In this document: positions 49,245 through 60,400 of the stretch, piece by piece
Layout of the letters: each line of letters begins with the position of its first letter
Numbering within the stretch: the first letter of the stretch is position 1
Origin: Camelus dromedarius
Taxonomy: Eukaryota
Reading direction: 5' to 3'
NCBI RefSeq assembly: GCF_036321535.1
Contig: NC_087440.1
Coordinates: 32,302,001-32,366,000 of the forward strand
DNA: 64,000 nucleotides
The notes under the pieces: model-generated
Told to the model about the DNA's origin: nothing
The model's database searches: none
Seen by the model: the letters and a program-made list of their open reading frames with translations, nothing else
Position numbers and translations under genes: made by a program

Positions 49245-50122
49245 TTTTTTTTTTTTTTTTTTTTTGAGTAAAGGTAGATTTATTTAGAGAGATACATACT
49301 ACATAGAGTGTAGGCTGTTTCAAAAGCCAAGAGAAAGGCCATGAGGTGAGGGGGTTGGGTGCTCAGGTTAAAGTAAAAGTAGACACATACTCCATAAACA
49401 GAGTGAGGGCCATCTCTGAAAACAAAGAACCGAGAGAGGCTGCGGGGCACAGCAGTGTTGCCAGTTTTTAATGGGCTCGATAGCTTCACATGCCAACAAG
49501 TGGGAGGACCATTCCTACTACCCTGGGAAAGGGGCTGGGATTCCCAGGAACTGGGCCACCACTCATTCTTTGACCTTTTATGGGCAGCCTGGAAGCTGTC
49601 ATGGCGCCCGTGGGAGTGTCGTTTACCATTGCTAATATTACAATGAGCATATAATGAAGCTCAAGGTCTACTGGAAGTCAAATCTCCCACCATCTTGATC
49701 CTCAAGACCTACTGGGAGTTGAGTCTTCCACCATTTTGGTGTTAACTGCTGTGTCATTCCTTGAATGGCTGTGCCCTGACCCCTTCCCTCCTGTCTCATT
49801 TTCCCCTCAGAGATTTTACTCCTATAATCTTACGGGTGTGCAGAGGGGTGACAGTCTGTCTTCCAAAACTACTTCCGGGCTGAGTAGGGGCATTGACCTT
49901 GCCTGGAAGGGAGTAAAAATCTCTTAATGCCTAATCTAGGGGCCCCAGGGGCAGGACAGCCTTTTGTTTTTGCCTCAGATGGTGGTATGGCCTGGAATCC
50001 TCGCATAACCATCATGTGGGGCTGTTGTAACCCACTGTTTCCATAGCAATGAATCTTCTTAAAGATGAAGCACCTTTGTAACAGCAGGTCAACTGTCTAT
50101 GATGACAAAAGAATTAAAAGGC
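49245..50122 (-). mobile_element. L1-retrotransposed processed ERV1 transcript fragment (env tail, PPT, U3-R, polyA)
   Basis: T21 at 49245-49265; AATAAA at 49279-49284; LTR start TGAGACAGG at 49798; PPT GAGGGGAAAA at 49799-49808; TSD ATGGAACCAGTC(C)TTTT at 49233-49248 and 50123-50139, the latter followed by AA. Confidence 0.8.
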
Positions 50123-50599
50123 ATGGAACCAGTCCTTTTAAGTGAGGGAAAGGATGGGGGGGTTCTGGAAGAGGGCCCTCCCCATGAAACCCCAGTCATG
50201 GCCTGAATCCAAGCCAAAAACAGACTGCTGTCCTCTATAAATCATGATGCCACCTAACCCAAACCCAGAACCTAGCTACAGTATCAATCCGCACTTCTAT
50301 TAATCAAAAGTCTGCATTGTTCACAGAAGACAGAGAGATAGCCGACATTCTGGCCTCTTAATCTGAGCCCATTTCCCCCCTCCCAGCTTCCTTCCCCGCT
50401 TCTTCTGTATGACACAATTTATTCTTCTGTTCAATTCTCCAGTCTAGACCTGCATCTGAGGCCACAACCCAGCCTACTCACTCCCCTCACCCATCTCTCC
50501 TCTCTTACTGCCCCTTCCTGGGCTCTCCTCTTCTCATCCCACCCCTGAGGAGCCCTCCTCCCCACTGGGCTCTCCTGGGACACAAAGACTATCCCCTCC

Positions 50600-50822
50600 T
50601 CCTAATGAAGGGAGGTGGGTAGGAGTTTCAGCCCCACCCTCAGGAAGACGTGTCTTCTCCCTCCGGTACTCTGTGGTACTTCCTCTCTGGCTGACTTAGC
50701 TGACAGTACCCAGATCCCAGGCCAGGCCCCTGGCTCCGACAGATCTGAGGATAGGCTACACCGCTGTACCTTCACCCTGGGATTGGCACCTACTTTGAAC
50801 CAGTGTCCCGAAAAGCCTGAAT
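50600..50822 (+). other. LTB4R: Candidate 5'UTR exon of LTB4R (5' boundary uncertain)
   Basis: Donor GAAT|GTAAGT at 50822/50823, pairing with acceptor ctctccag at 51423, nine nt before the ATG. Confidence 0.45.
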
Positions 50823-51432
50823 GTAAGTATCCTGGGAGTAGAGGAGGTGGGGGTGGGGTGGGCAGGGTGCAGCCATAAGAGAAGGTCCAAAGGAATTTCC
50901 AAAGAAAGGCTGACTAGTGGTTAAAGGACTTGGGAGGATTTATTCTTGTCTCCTAGCCATGAAATCCTCCCCCATCCCTCTTATTCTTGGTGGACCCTGG
51001 ACATCTCTGGGGCGAGTGGGTAGGTGATTGGAGGAAGTCAGTGGGACTGAGGGGGCTAAGGGCCTGGCAGGAGAGAAAAGGAGCTAACCTTTTGAGGGAT
51101 GCAGCATTGGTAAGGAAAGCCCCTCATTTGGTTCCTAAGGGAAGGAGGCTGAAAGGATCTAGAAATACTGCTTCCTCTGTTGCTGTTTATTTTGTAACTG
51201 AGTCTGTGGGCAGGAAGGGGCCCTGTGGCCCAGTTAGGAAATTAATCTTTCTACTCAGATCCCCTTGAGACAGGTCAGTTGGCAGTGAGGAGGGCAGTAA
51301 ACTGCAGAAGTGCATCTGATGCTGCTGATCTTGGAGAAAGACTAAACAGGCTAGGGGGTGTCCAGGCTGTCAGGAAACCCTTGATCCCTTACCCTCATGT
51401 ACATGTCCACCCTCACTCTCCAGGTCTTTGCA

Positions 51433-52503
51433 ATGGCCACAAACATTACATCTTCTGCAGCACCCTCCTCGCCAGGTGTCATGTTCATCTCTCTACTGGC
51501 TATCATCTTACTGTCGGTGGCCCTGGCTGTGGGGCTTCCTGGCAACAGCTTTGTGGTGTGGAGCATCCTGGTAAAGATGCGAAAACGCTCTGTCACTGCC
51601 CTGCTGGTGCTGAACCTGGCTCTGGCCGATTTGGCCGTATTGCTTACTGGCCCCTTTTTCCTCCATTTCCTGACCCAAGGCACCTGGACTTTTGGACAGG
51701 CTGGCTGCCGCCTGCTCCACTATGTCTGCGGAGTCAGCATGTATGCCAGCGTCCTGCTTATAACGGCCATGAGTCTGGACCGCTCACTGGCGGTGGCCCT
51801 TCCCTTTGTGTCCCAGAAGTTGCGCACCAAGGCGGTTGCCTGGAGGGTGCTGGTAGGCATCTGGGTGGTATCTGTTCTGCTGGCCACGCCCGTCATCGCG
51901 TACCGCCAGGTGAACCTGGGACCCAACAATAGGAGCCTTATATGCTTTCCGAAGTACCCCAGCGAAAGACACAGGGCCTTCCATCTGTTCTTCGAGGTCT
52001 TCACGGGCTTCCTGTTGCCCTTCCTGGCCATAGTGGCCAGCTACTCCGACATCGGGCGGCGGCTGCAGGCCCGGCGCTTCCGCCGCAGCCGCCGCACCGG
52101 CCGCCTGGTGGTGCTCATCATCCTGGCCTTCGCCGCCTTCTGGCTGCCCTACCACGTGGTGAACCTGGCCCAGGCGGTCCGCGCGGTGACGGGCAAGGTC
52201 GTGGAGGACGGGCCCGTGGGGCGGCGGCTGCACCTGGCCCGCCAAGTGCTCATCACGCTGGCTTTCCTGAGCAGCAGCGTGAACCCCGTGCTGTACGCGT
52301 GCGCCGGCGGCGGCCTGCTGCGCTCGGCCGGCGTGGGCTTCGTCGCCAAGCTGTTGGAGGGCACCGGCTCCGAGATGTCCAGCACCCGCCGCGGGGCCAC
52401 ACTGGTCCAGACGGTGAAGGGCGCCCCCACCCGTCCCGAGCCAGGCTCCGTGGAGAGCCTCACTGTCTCCACCAACCCTCTGGAGGGAAGCGAACCCAAC
52501 TAG
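51433..52503 (+). CDS. LTB4R: Leukotriene B4 receptor 1 (BLT1), intronless CDS, 356 aa
   Basis: MATNITSSAAPSSPG...; DRS motif, RRLQARRFRRSRRTGRL loop, NPVLYACAGGGLL, helix 8 and EGTGSE phospho-region. Confidence 0.97.
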   Translation: MATNITSSAAPSSPGVMFISLLAIILLSVALAVGLPGNSFVVWSILVKMRKRSVTALLVLNLALADLAVLLTGPFFLHFLTQGTWTFGQAGCRLLHYVCGVSMYASVLLITAMSLDRSLAVALPFVSQKLRTKAVAWRVLVGIWVVSVLLATPVIAYRQVNLGPNNRSLICFPKYPSERHRAFHLFFEVFTGFLLPFLAIVASYSDIGRRLQARRFRRSRRTGRLVVLIILAFAAFWLPYHVVNLAQAVRAVTGKVVEDGPVGRRLHLARQVLITLAFLSSSVNPVLYACAGGGLLRSAGVGFVAKLLEGTGSEMSSTRRGATLVQTVKGAPTRPEPGSVESLTVSTNPLEGSEPN

Positions 52504-52719
52504 ACCTGCAGGGTGGGGTAGGGGGTGGGGTGGGAGTGGGGTGGCGGTGGAAGGATGCTTGCTTTCCTCCTGGGGGAATGCCCCCACGCTGGCCTGACTC
52601 AATTCTGCACTCCCCCTTCCCCCAGGAGGAGAATGCCTGTCAGGGATGGAGCGGAAGAAAGGGAGGGGAGGGGCAAGTCAGGGCAGAGTGCGAGCCTGGC
52701 CCCTTTAGGCAGCTTTACA

Positions 52720-52725
52720 ATTAAA
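52720..52725 (+). terminator. Candidate LTB4R poly(A) signal ATTAAA
   Basis: ATTAAA about 220 nt after the stop, followed by GT-rich sequence. Confidence 0.55.
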
Positions 52726-53849
52726 ATTCGGTTCTGAAATGGGGTCAGCCCTGTGTGTGGGACTTGTGTATTATCTGATCCTGTTGTTGATCCTGGCTGC
52801 CCTTAAGGGGATCCTTCTCAATAGTTGAGGCATATCTTTTAGTTTCCCATGATTTTCAGTTTGGAAGGGACACAAAGACAGACCTAGAAATCAGACCTCC
52901 TTCCCTCCCCTGCTGAGGCAGGTGGTCTGCACATCATACTTAGAACAACACAGGTCTGCAGACAGCTGAAGGAGCTGGCCAAGGAAGACCACCCATGTGG
53001 GCTCCTCAGTCCAGATTCCCTGACTCAGCGGACCTTCTGAGAAAACAGCACTGCTGTGAGGTGTCTACCCTGAAGGCTGTGATAGGTATCCTTGTTAGCA
53101 GGACTCCAACTTTCTGCCAGTAATCTTTGTCTTTTCAGTGAGAGTGTCCTAGGGGATAGGGATTGCCTTCCTTCCCTCCATCTCCCAAGAGGCCTCACTT
53201 GAGAACCAAGTAATCAGATCTTATCCCCTAGAATTCTGCACATCAGCATTCTGCCAGCCCCTAAAAACAGACTATGGTGTAAGCTGGAGCTGAGGGCTCT
53301 CTGTGATGTGGTTACCCTTAGGAAACGCAGATTTGCAAGAGTGAGAAGGATGTCAGTCTTTCCTAGGGATGACTGCTGTCTTAGAAGGCCTTGGGCTGGC
53401 TGTGTTCTGGCAGCATTTTAGGAAGTAGCAGCAGTGTACTTTTGAATCTCTCCCATTAAAAAAAAAAAAAAGAAAAAAAGAACCACTACGAGAAAAGCCA
53501 AAAATCCATGTGCAACATCTGCAACAAATCTGGGGTGTCAAGATATTCCCCATGGACCCCGAAATATGAACAGGTGGCAATGAACCATGGATGCATCAAG
53601 ACCCGTGTAATATCAGCATCTGTGCAGAAGGATGCAGAAGAAGACAAGGGGGCATCTGAGGGACCTGAGAACAGGAGACCCCCCAAGCTGTCTACAGGCC
53701 CTTGCTGGAAACATGGTGGATCAATCTGAGAACAGCAGCTGAAATGGGAAAGGACCTAACAGATTATTTCCCAGGCCTCCTGCCCATGTTACGTAGTAAG
53801 TACATAATAGGTACTTATTTAGTGTTTGTTGAATAAGTAAAGATCAAAT

Positions 53850-53983
53850 GGGTGGATAAGAATATAGCTCAGTGGTAGAATGTGTGCTTAGCATGCATGT
53901 GGTCCTGGGTTCCATCCCCAGTACCTACATTAAAAACAAACAAATAAATAAAGCTAATTACCTACACCACCCTTCTGCAAAAA

Positions 53984-54030
<47 letters not shown>

Positions 54031-54052
54031 AAATAAAAGAGAGAGAGAGAGA
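53850..54052 (+). mobile_element. tRNA-derived SINE, long form, with (AAAT)n and (GA)n tail
   Basis: 'atatagctcagtggtagaatgtgtgcttagcatgcatgtggtcctgggttccatccccagtacc'; atcaaatg repeats on both flanks. Confidence 0.9.
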
Positions 54053-54398
54053 GCAATCAAATGACATTTTCCTGGAGATTCTTTCCAATATTTGTGGGTG
54101 GGGAACAGGAAAGGACAAATCTTTGTTTTGAGTCATGTGACTAAAATTGTTTATACTTCCAAGGGCACAAAACACTGGAATCAGGTTGACAGCCAGGTAG
54201 GGAGGCCAAGGCAGTCCTCTTCCTGAGCTTGTGAAAAAGAATCGCTCTTTTCTAACACACTCATGCTCATACTTGTACACACATGAACACTCAGCTGGCC
54301 TGGGAAGAAGCCATCCTGCTGAGAGGTGAGGAGAAGATGATCCCCAGCTACACTAGCAGCTTCTGACATCAATTCTAACCCAGCCATACAGGAGTGTC

Positions 54399-54404
54399 TT
54401 TATT
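54399..54404 (-). terminator. ADCY4 poly(A) signal AATAAA
   Basis: tttatt on plus, about 40 nt after the stop. Confidence 0.75.
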
Positions 54405-54445
54405 AAGGATCTTACAGGTGGAGAGGAGGGGGTGGGGTTCTCAGC

Positions 54446-57400
54446 CTAGAGTGACGAGGGAGGTCCAGCTCGAGTCAAATCTGTGTTCAGGAAGTAGGTG
54501 CAGAGCTGCCCTTTGCCTTTGACCTTGATGATGCCCCGGCTGTAGCAGGTATAGCCTAAGGACTGCAGGGCCCCAGCTGTCTCTTCAGTCACCTGCAATT
54601 GGAGAGGTGTGAGGGCGTGTGGCCGTGGCCCCATCTTATCGCCCGACCCCTGTGCCCCCCATGTGACTTCCTTACTTGGATCTTTCCCAGTACACCTGTA
54701 CTCTCCATGCGGCTGGCCACGTTCACTGTGTTGCCCCAGATGTCATATTGTGGCTTCTGGGCCCCAATCACTCCGGCTACCACAGGTCCATGGTTTAACC
54801 CTGACAAGAGGTGTGGTAAAGAGGGGCCCTGAGGGGGAGGAATTTGAGAAAGGAGAGGGGAAGAGGAAGATCAAGAAACTAAGGTGAAGAGCTTAAGGGG
54901 TTTAGAGGGAAGGAGGAGGAGCCAGAGGAGTGCGGCTTAGGGAAGGAAGTGGGTGGGCATCGCAGCTCCGGGCCCAGCATCTTCATGCTCTGTCCCAAGG
55001 GGTGAGTCGGGAGGGGGCCCCCCGGGGTGAGCGTGGGAGCCACTAACAGAGGACTTGGAGGAGGGAAGGTTTGGGAAGGTGAGGAGGAGGTCCCAGACTG
55101 CCCCAGCAAGGGAGACCTCACCCACACGCAAGCGGAAGTTGTTGAATGAGTGCTTGTTGATGACGTCCAGCTTAGATCCAAGGGCCACGGCAAACTCCAC
55201 CATGGTGCCAAGGTGGCTGCAGCTCCGCTCAGAATCCTGGCAATGGGCCGGCCCACCAGGGTGGGTCAGTGAGGGCACAGGAGTAAGGCCCACTTACGGG
55301 CCCACCAAGGAGAGCCAGGCGAGAGTTGGGAGGTAAGGAAGGGATGCTGTACCTGCTGTGAGTCCTGTCCAGAGGTGGCATTTAAGCCTGTAGCTGCCAT
55401 GTAGGTGCTGCCGATGGTTTTGATTTTCTCTACTCCACTGAACTTGGGCTTGGAGAGCAGCTGTATAGAAAGTAGGTTGTGTCCCCAGTCTCTATTCCCC
55501 TTTTCCCCCCTTTTCCCAGAAGCCCAGCCCCAGGCTTTTGGAGGCTGAAGGACCAATTGTGGGGTCAGGGGTGGTGGCAGGAGGAGAGTGGGCAGCGTTG
55601 CTGGGGAGGGCAGAGCTGGGTGTCAGGGGAGAAGCAGGAGGGCTGGGGAGAGGAGGACAGGCCTCATGGCCAGGAGAGCAAAGTGAAAGGACGGACTGGT
55701 GGGACTTGCTAGAATCCAGGACATAGGGCCTGGGGGACCCTTGGAGTTATCACCTCATCAAAATCAGCAATTATCTCATTGAGCAGCCGCAGACACTCTA
55801 GCCCCTCATGGTTGATGTTGGATTCAGAGTAAAACTCCTTAAAGTCTGGGACTGAGGCGAAGAGGACGCAAACACACTCGTAGGACTGGTGGTAGAGGTC
55901 CTGGGAGGGCGGAAGGCGGGGGTGAGGGGCTATGTTCTTCCCCCTTTGGGGTCTACACGGGCTTTCCTCCCTGTGTCTACACTCCTCCCCCTCAGTTTAA
56001 GAAGGATTGGGAAGGAGGGAGAAGGGTAGAGCTAGGTTACCCCAGGGATGTGACTCAGGAGTTAAAGACTGGGTCCATTGAGATTCCAGGAGAGACAGAG
56101 ATTCTGGGTCAGGATCACCAAACAGCAACGTGAAGGGCGTCTTTTTTGGAACTTGGATCATGTCAATGGGAATTACCTTTACATCCTATCTCATTGCTGA
56201 AATGTGTTGTTACTTAAATCAGCTTACAAAGATAGTTACAATTTGGAAGATAAAGCAATAGTAGGGAAAAGGGACAGAGGGAAATAAGGAAAAGATGATA
56301 AAGACAGAGTCAAGTCTAGGTTGGTTCACACAATCCCTTGTTAGTCCTGGATTCTGGCTCTGAGCTTTCTGGTAGCCAATGTGAAGACAGAAACGGGATC
56401 AATTACCAGGTAAGTTACCAGTTACCAGTTACCAAATAAGATGGTGCAGATATGTGAGTGACCTTCTGTTGGTTTGACTATAGCAAGATACTTGAGGATC
56501 TAAATTAGCATCATCCGATAGAAGTTTGTGTGGTGAAGGAAATGTTCTATCATATGTGCTATCCAATATGGTGGCCACTAGCCACAAGCAGCTGTTGAAC
56601 ACTTGGAATATGGCCAGTGTGACCAAGGAACAGAATTTTCTATTTTAATTGGTTTAAATTTATTTATTTATGCTTTTTGGGGGGGGGTAATTACGTTTAT
56701 TATTTATTTTTAGAGAAGGTGCTGGGGATTGAACCCAGGACCTCACGCACACCAAGCATGCACTCTACCACTTGAACTTTACCCTCCCCGCTTAAATTTA
56801 AATTTAAATGGCCACACAAGGCTAATGGCTACCTTACTGGATAATGCAGGGCTAGAGAGATGGATGGACTGTCCTTCACATAGTCCCCATTGACACTCTG
56901 AAGGCTCTACAGTGGCCATGAATTGGAGTGCTCTTTCCAAGTGAGAAATTGCAAAGCAGGGATTCTGTGTTCACTAAAGACAGACCCTAAGATCTTGTGA
57001 AAATGGGGGTATCCGCCAGGCTTGGGTGGCCCCCCCGACCCACTGTGTGGGAGTCCAGAGAGAATGGGCTAAGGGCCAAGGCTTTTATCCAGAATTAGTC
57101 CCTATGGCATCTGGGGCTCAGAGCTGAAAGTGGGGAGTCACCNNNNNNNNNNNNNNNNNNNNNNNNNNNNNNNNNNNNNNNNNNNNNNNNNNNNNNNNNN
57201 NNNNNNNNNNNNNNNNNNNNNNNNNNNNNNNNNNNNNNNNNNNNNNNNNNNNNNNNNNNNNNNNNNNNNNNNNNNNNNNNNNNNNNNNNNNNNNNNNNTT
57301 CTGGGGAGGGTCACCAGGGGGCCATGGGGAGACACGGTGCAGGGGAAGCCTCAGCTCCTGAGTGTTCACCCCCAACTCCATGGTGCTTAGAACCACATCA

Positions 57401-60400
57401 CCACCACCCCCAGTTCAGAGATAAGGCTAAAGGCACAACGATCCCAGGGGAGATATGTTGCAACCAGATTCAAACTAGAGTGGACAAACTGGCAGCAGAT
57501 CTTTTCTTACGCATGTTTTCCTAGATTGGGAGTGGGAGGGAGAAGGGGAGGGGAGAACTTGAGGGCACTCCCTTTGGGGAGTGAAGGGGAAAGAAAGGTT
57601 CACTTAGAAGCTTTCAGTGGACACACCATTTGGACTCAACCCTGGAGATGTGAGATTAAGGGAAAGGAGACCAAGTCACATATGTGGGGATTCTTGCCTC
57701 ACCCTTCACAGGGAGGCCCTGGAGGGCTGAGCTGGGTGACTTACCTGCCGAGCCAGGACGAGGAGGGTGAAGAAGAAGATAAAGAAACAGATCGCTCCCA
57801 TCAGTTTGGGCTCCTTCAGCACCCCTGGCCTGAGGAGGCCACAGATCAGGGCGGCCCCTTGTGCTACCACTTCCCCATGGCCTCCCCCTGCCCCCGCCCA
57901 CCTTGGGCACCAGTGCCCATGTAGCCCTCGGCCTCCTTCTTCCTTCACCCTGTGGGTGGTTCAGGTGGTGAGGTGAGGACAGTTCAGCTCTGTCCTGTCC
58001 CAGCCCCATCCCGGAGGGCCTGGGCCCCTCCGTGCAGCTGCTGTGCGCACCTGGAGTCCAAGGGGCCCGGATAGAGGCGGGCGACGAGGCAGTCGGACAG
58101 CCACGCGTGGGAGTGCAGGAAGACGGAGCAGGAGGCCACCAGCCACAGCAGGAGCAACAGCAGCTTCAGTTCGAAGCTCATGTGCAGGAAGAGGGAGCAG
58201 GAGAGGAGCCCCAGCACGCAGCAGTGCATGGAGTACTGGGGGACCAGGCAGGGTAGTCAGGAGGTGGGGCATGTTCCAGCGGCAGGGGCAGGGGACACCC
58301 CAGGGCTCCTGTCCTGCCCCTCCCAGGGCCCCGTCCTATTAGGGGGGCCGGGGGTGTCACCACACATATACCAAGTGTGAGTTATGTCCATCCCAGGCCA
58401 CAGGATGGAGTGTTCAACTAAGGAGGTGGGGGAGGGGGCCAAGAAAGGCTCTGAAGAAGGAGATTCAGGGCAGTGAAGGACACTCACTGGGACACTGATG
58501 AGAGGCAGGGACCCAGGGAGCTCCCAGGAGAAGTTGAAAGCCACGGAGGACACATTGGGAGCCCGGAAAGGGCAGTTCGATGCTGCCGGTAGGAAGACCT
58601 GCCGAACAAGATGGGGTGCTGCAGCGGGCAGGCAGCTCCTTGGGCACAATGGTGGCTGGTGCTGAGTTTCAGCTGACCCAGGGATGAGTTGGGGCCAGAC
58701 TCCCCCAGAGGGGCAGATTCTGCTATTTCTGGTTGGTGAGGGGGCCTCAGCACTGGGGTCTTTGTTGGGGGACAGGGATTAGAGGAGTAGGTGTCATGAG
58801 CATTAGTCTGTCACGGATCCACTGTGTGATCTTTTGCCAGCCACTTAACCTCTCTGGGCCTCAGCTTCCTCTTCTGTAACTTGGCTGGAGGATGATTCCT
58901 AAGATGCCTTTCAGGGGTAGAATTCTAGGAATGGTTCTAAGGTCTGAAAAATCAGCCAAACTCAGCTTACAAAATCAGAGTAAGTAAACTAAGGGATGAA
59001 GATCTGTGCACATAGGGAAAAAATAGGAACGATTTCCACCAAAGTGTTTTTAACAAGGAGCATCTACCGGGTGGTAGACTGTCAGTGGCTGTGATTTTTT
59101 TTTTTATACTTGTCCAACATTGCCAGCATCCCCTGGTCTTAGTCTAGTTATCCTCCCAAACCCAGGGGTCCCCTTTCAGCCTCTGGCAGGTCCAGCACGC
59201 CCTAACAGGGATCCACAGGGCCCCCTCTCCCTCACCAGGCTGGTAATGGCCATAGCAAAGACGAGCAGGATTGTGGCAGTGCCCAGGGCGACTCGCAGTC
59301 CGGGCTGTGTGGCCACCAGGACAGAGAGCGTGGGCAGCCAGTGCAGCATCTTGGGGCCTTTCAAGACACACTTCTGTGGAAGGAGCATGAGAGTTGTAGC
59401 CGTGGGACTGGGGCACCCACTGCAGGCCAGGTTGTGGTTAGGGCCCCAGCTCGCCACTCTGCCCCCAAAGCCCACCTCACCGTCAGGTGCTCTGAGAAGC
59501 AGACGAAGAGGAGGAGGAAGAAGAGGAGGAAGGTGATGCTATAGGTGATGGCCAGAGCTGGGGGCCTAAAGGGAGACAAGAGTGAGGCCTTGAGGAGCTA
59601 GAATAGGCTTCCTGTGTGCTGGGAGGGTGCCGTGCAATCTGGTCGAGAAACATGGAGAGAAGTGATCCTGGGGATTTGAACCTGCTGCTGATGGGGTCTG
59701 GGCTGATGAAAGACATTACGTGCTGATGATCTGGGGAAGCGGAGAGGCCTAGGGCAGAGTTGGGATGAGGGAGGGACAATAGTGGGAGTGGGCAGGGGGC
59801 TCACAGGAGTGGCCGAGGCTACATCGGACTGGTCTCTGAGCCTGCGGGCCGAAGCTCTTTCACCTGGCTGAGTTCTGAGCAAGACTACCCACCCCTCCAC
59901 CGCCTCCTAGCAGTGGACTGGAAGCGAGGACCTACTTTCTAAGCTCATTTGCTGTGAGATTTGGGCTTCTCAATTGGAACAAAATCTCCTTTGTGGGAAT
60001 GCTGTTAGAATCGAGAGACAGGCATGTGAAAATATTTGGTTTATGTAGAAATCCTACAGGATGTAAGACAGTAAGACATGAGGGTTATGATTACCGGTTC
60101 CCCAAAACACGTATTTCCATTTCCTCTGTGGCTCAGTGCCCTAAGCCAAGGGGAAGTGGTCAGAGAAAGAAAGTGTCAGTCAGGGTTCTGGAAGAGCCAT
60201 GGGGGTCTGTTTTGAAGAATCAGGGCTTCCCTTGCCTAAGACTCTCTCACCTGTTTGTTACCAGCATCTGGATGATGAAGTTGGAGAGAAAAACCAGGAA
60301 GGTGCAAGCTGCATAGTACTTGAAGGCGGGGAGTGCAGAGAGCCGATACTGGAAGGGAGAGGGTTGGATGGAGACGGGGCACTGGTGCTGCCTGTCACCT

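Noticed and set aside
51397-51432. 12-residue N-terminal extension of BLT1 (MYMSTLTLQVFA)
   Set aside because: These ATGs lie upstream of the splice acceptor at 51423 (pyrimidine tract); orthologues start at MATNITSS or equivalent.
51784-52602. 272-aa antisense and 260-aa alternative-frame ORFs over LTB4R
   Set aside because: Explained by GC-rich codon usage of the GPCR CDS; no independent support.
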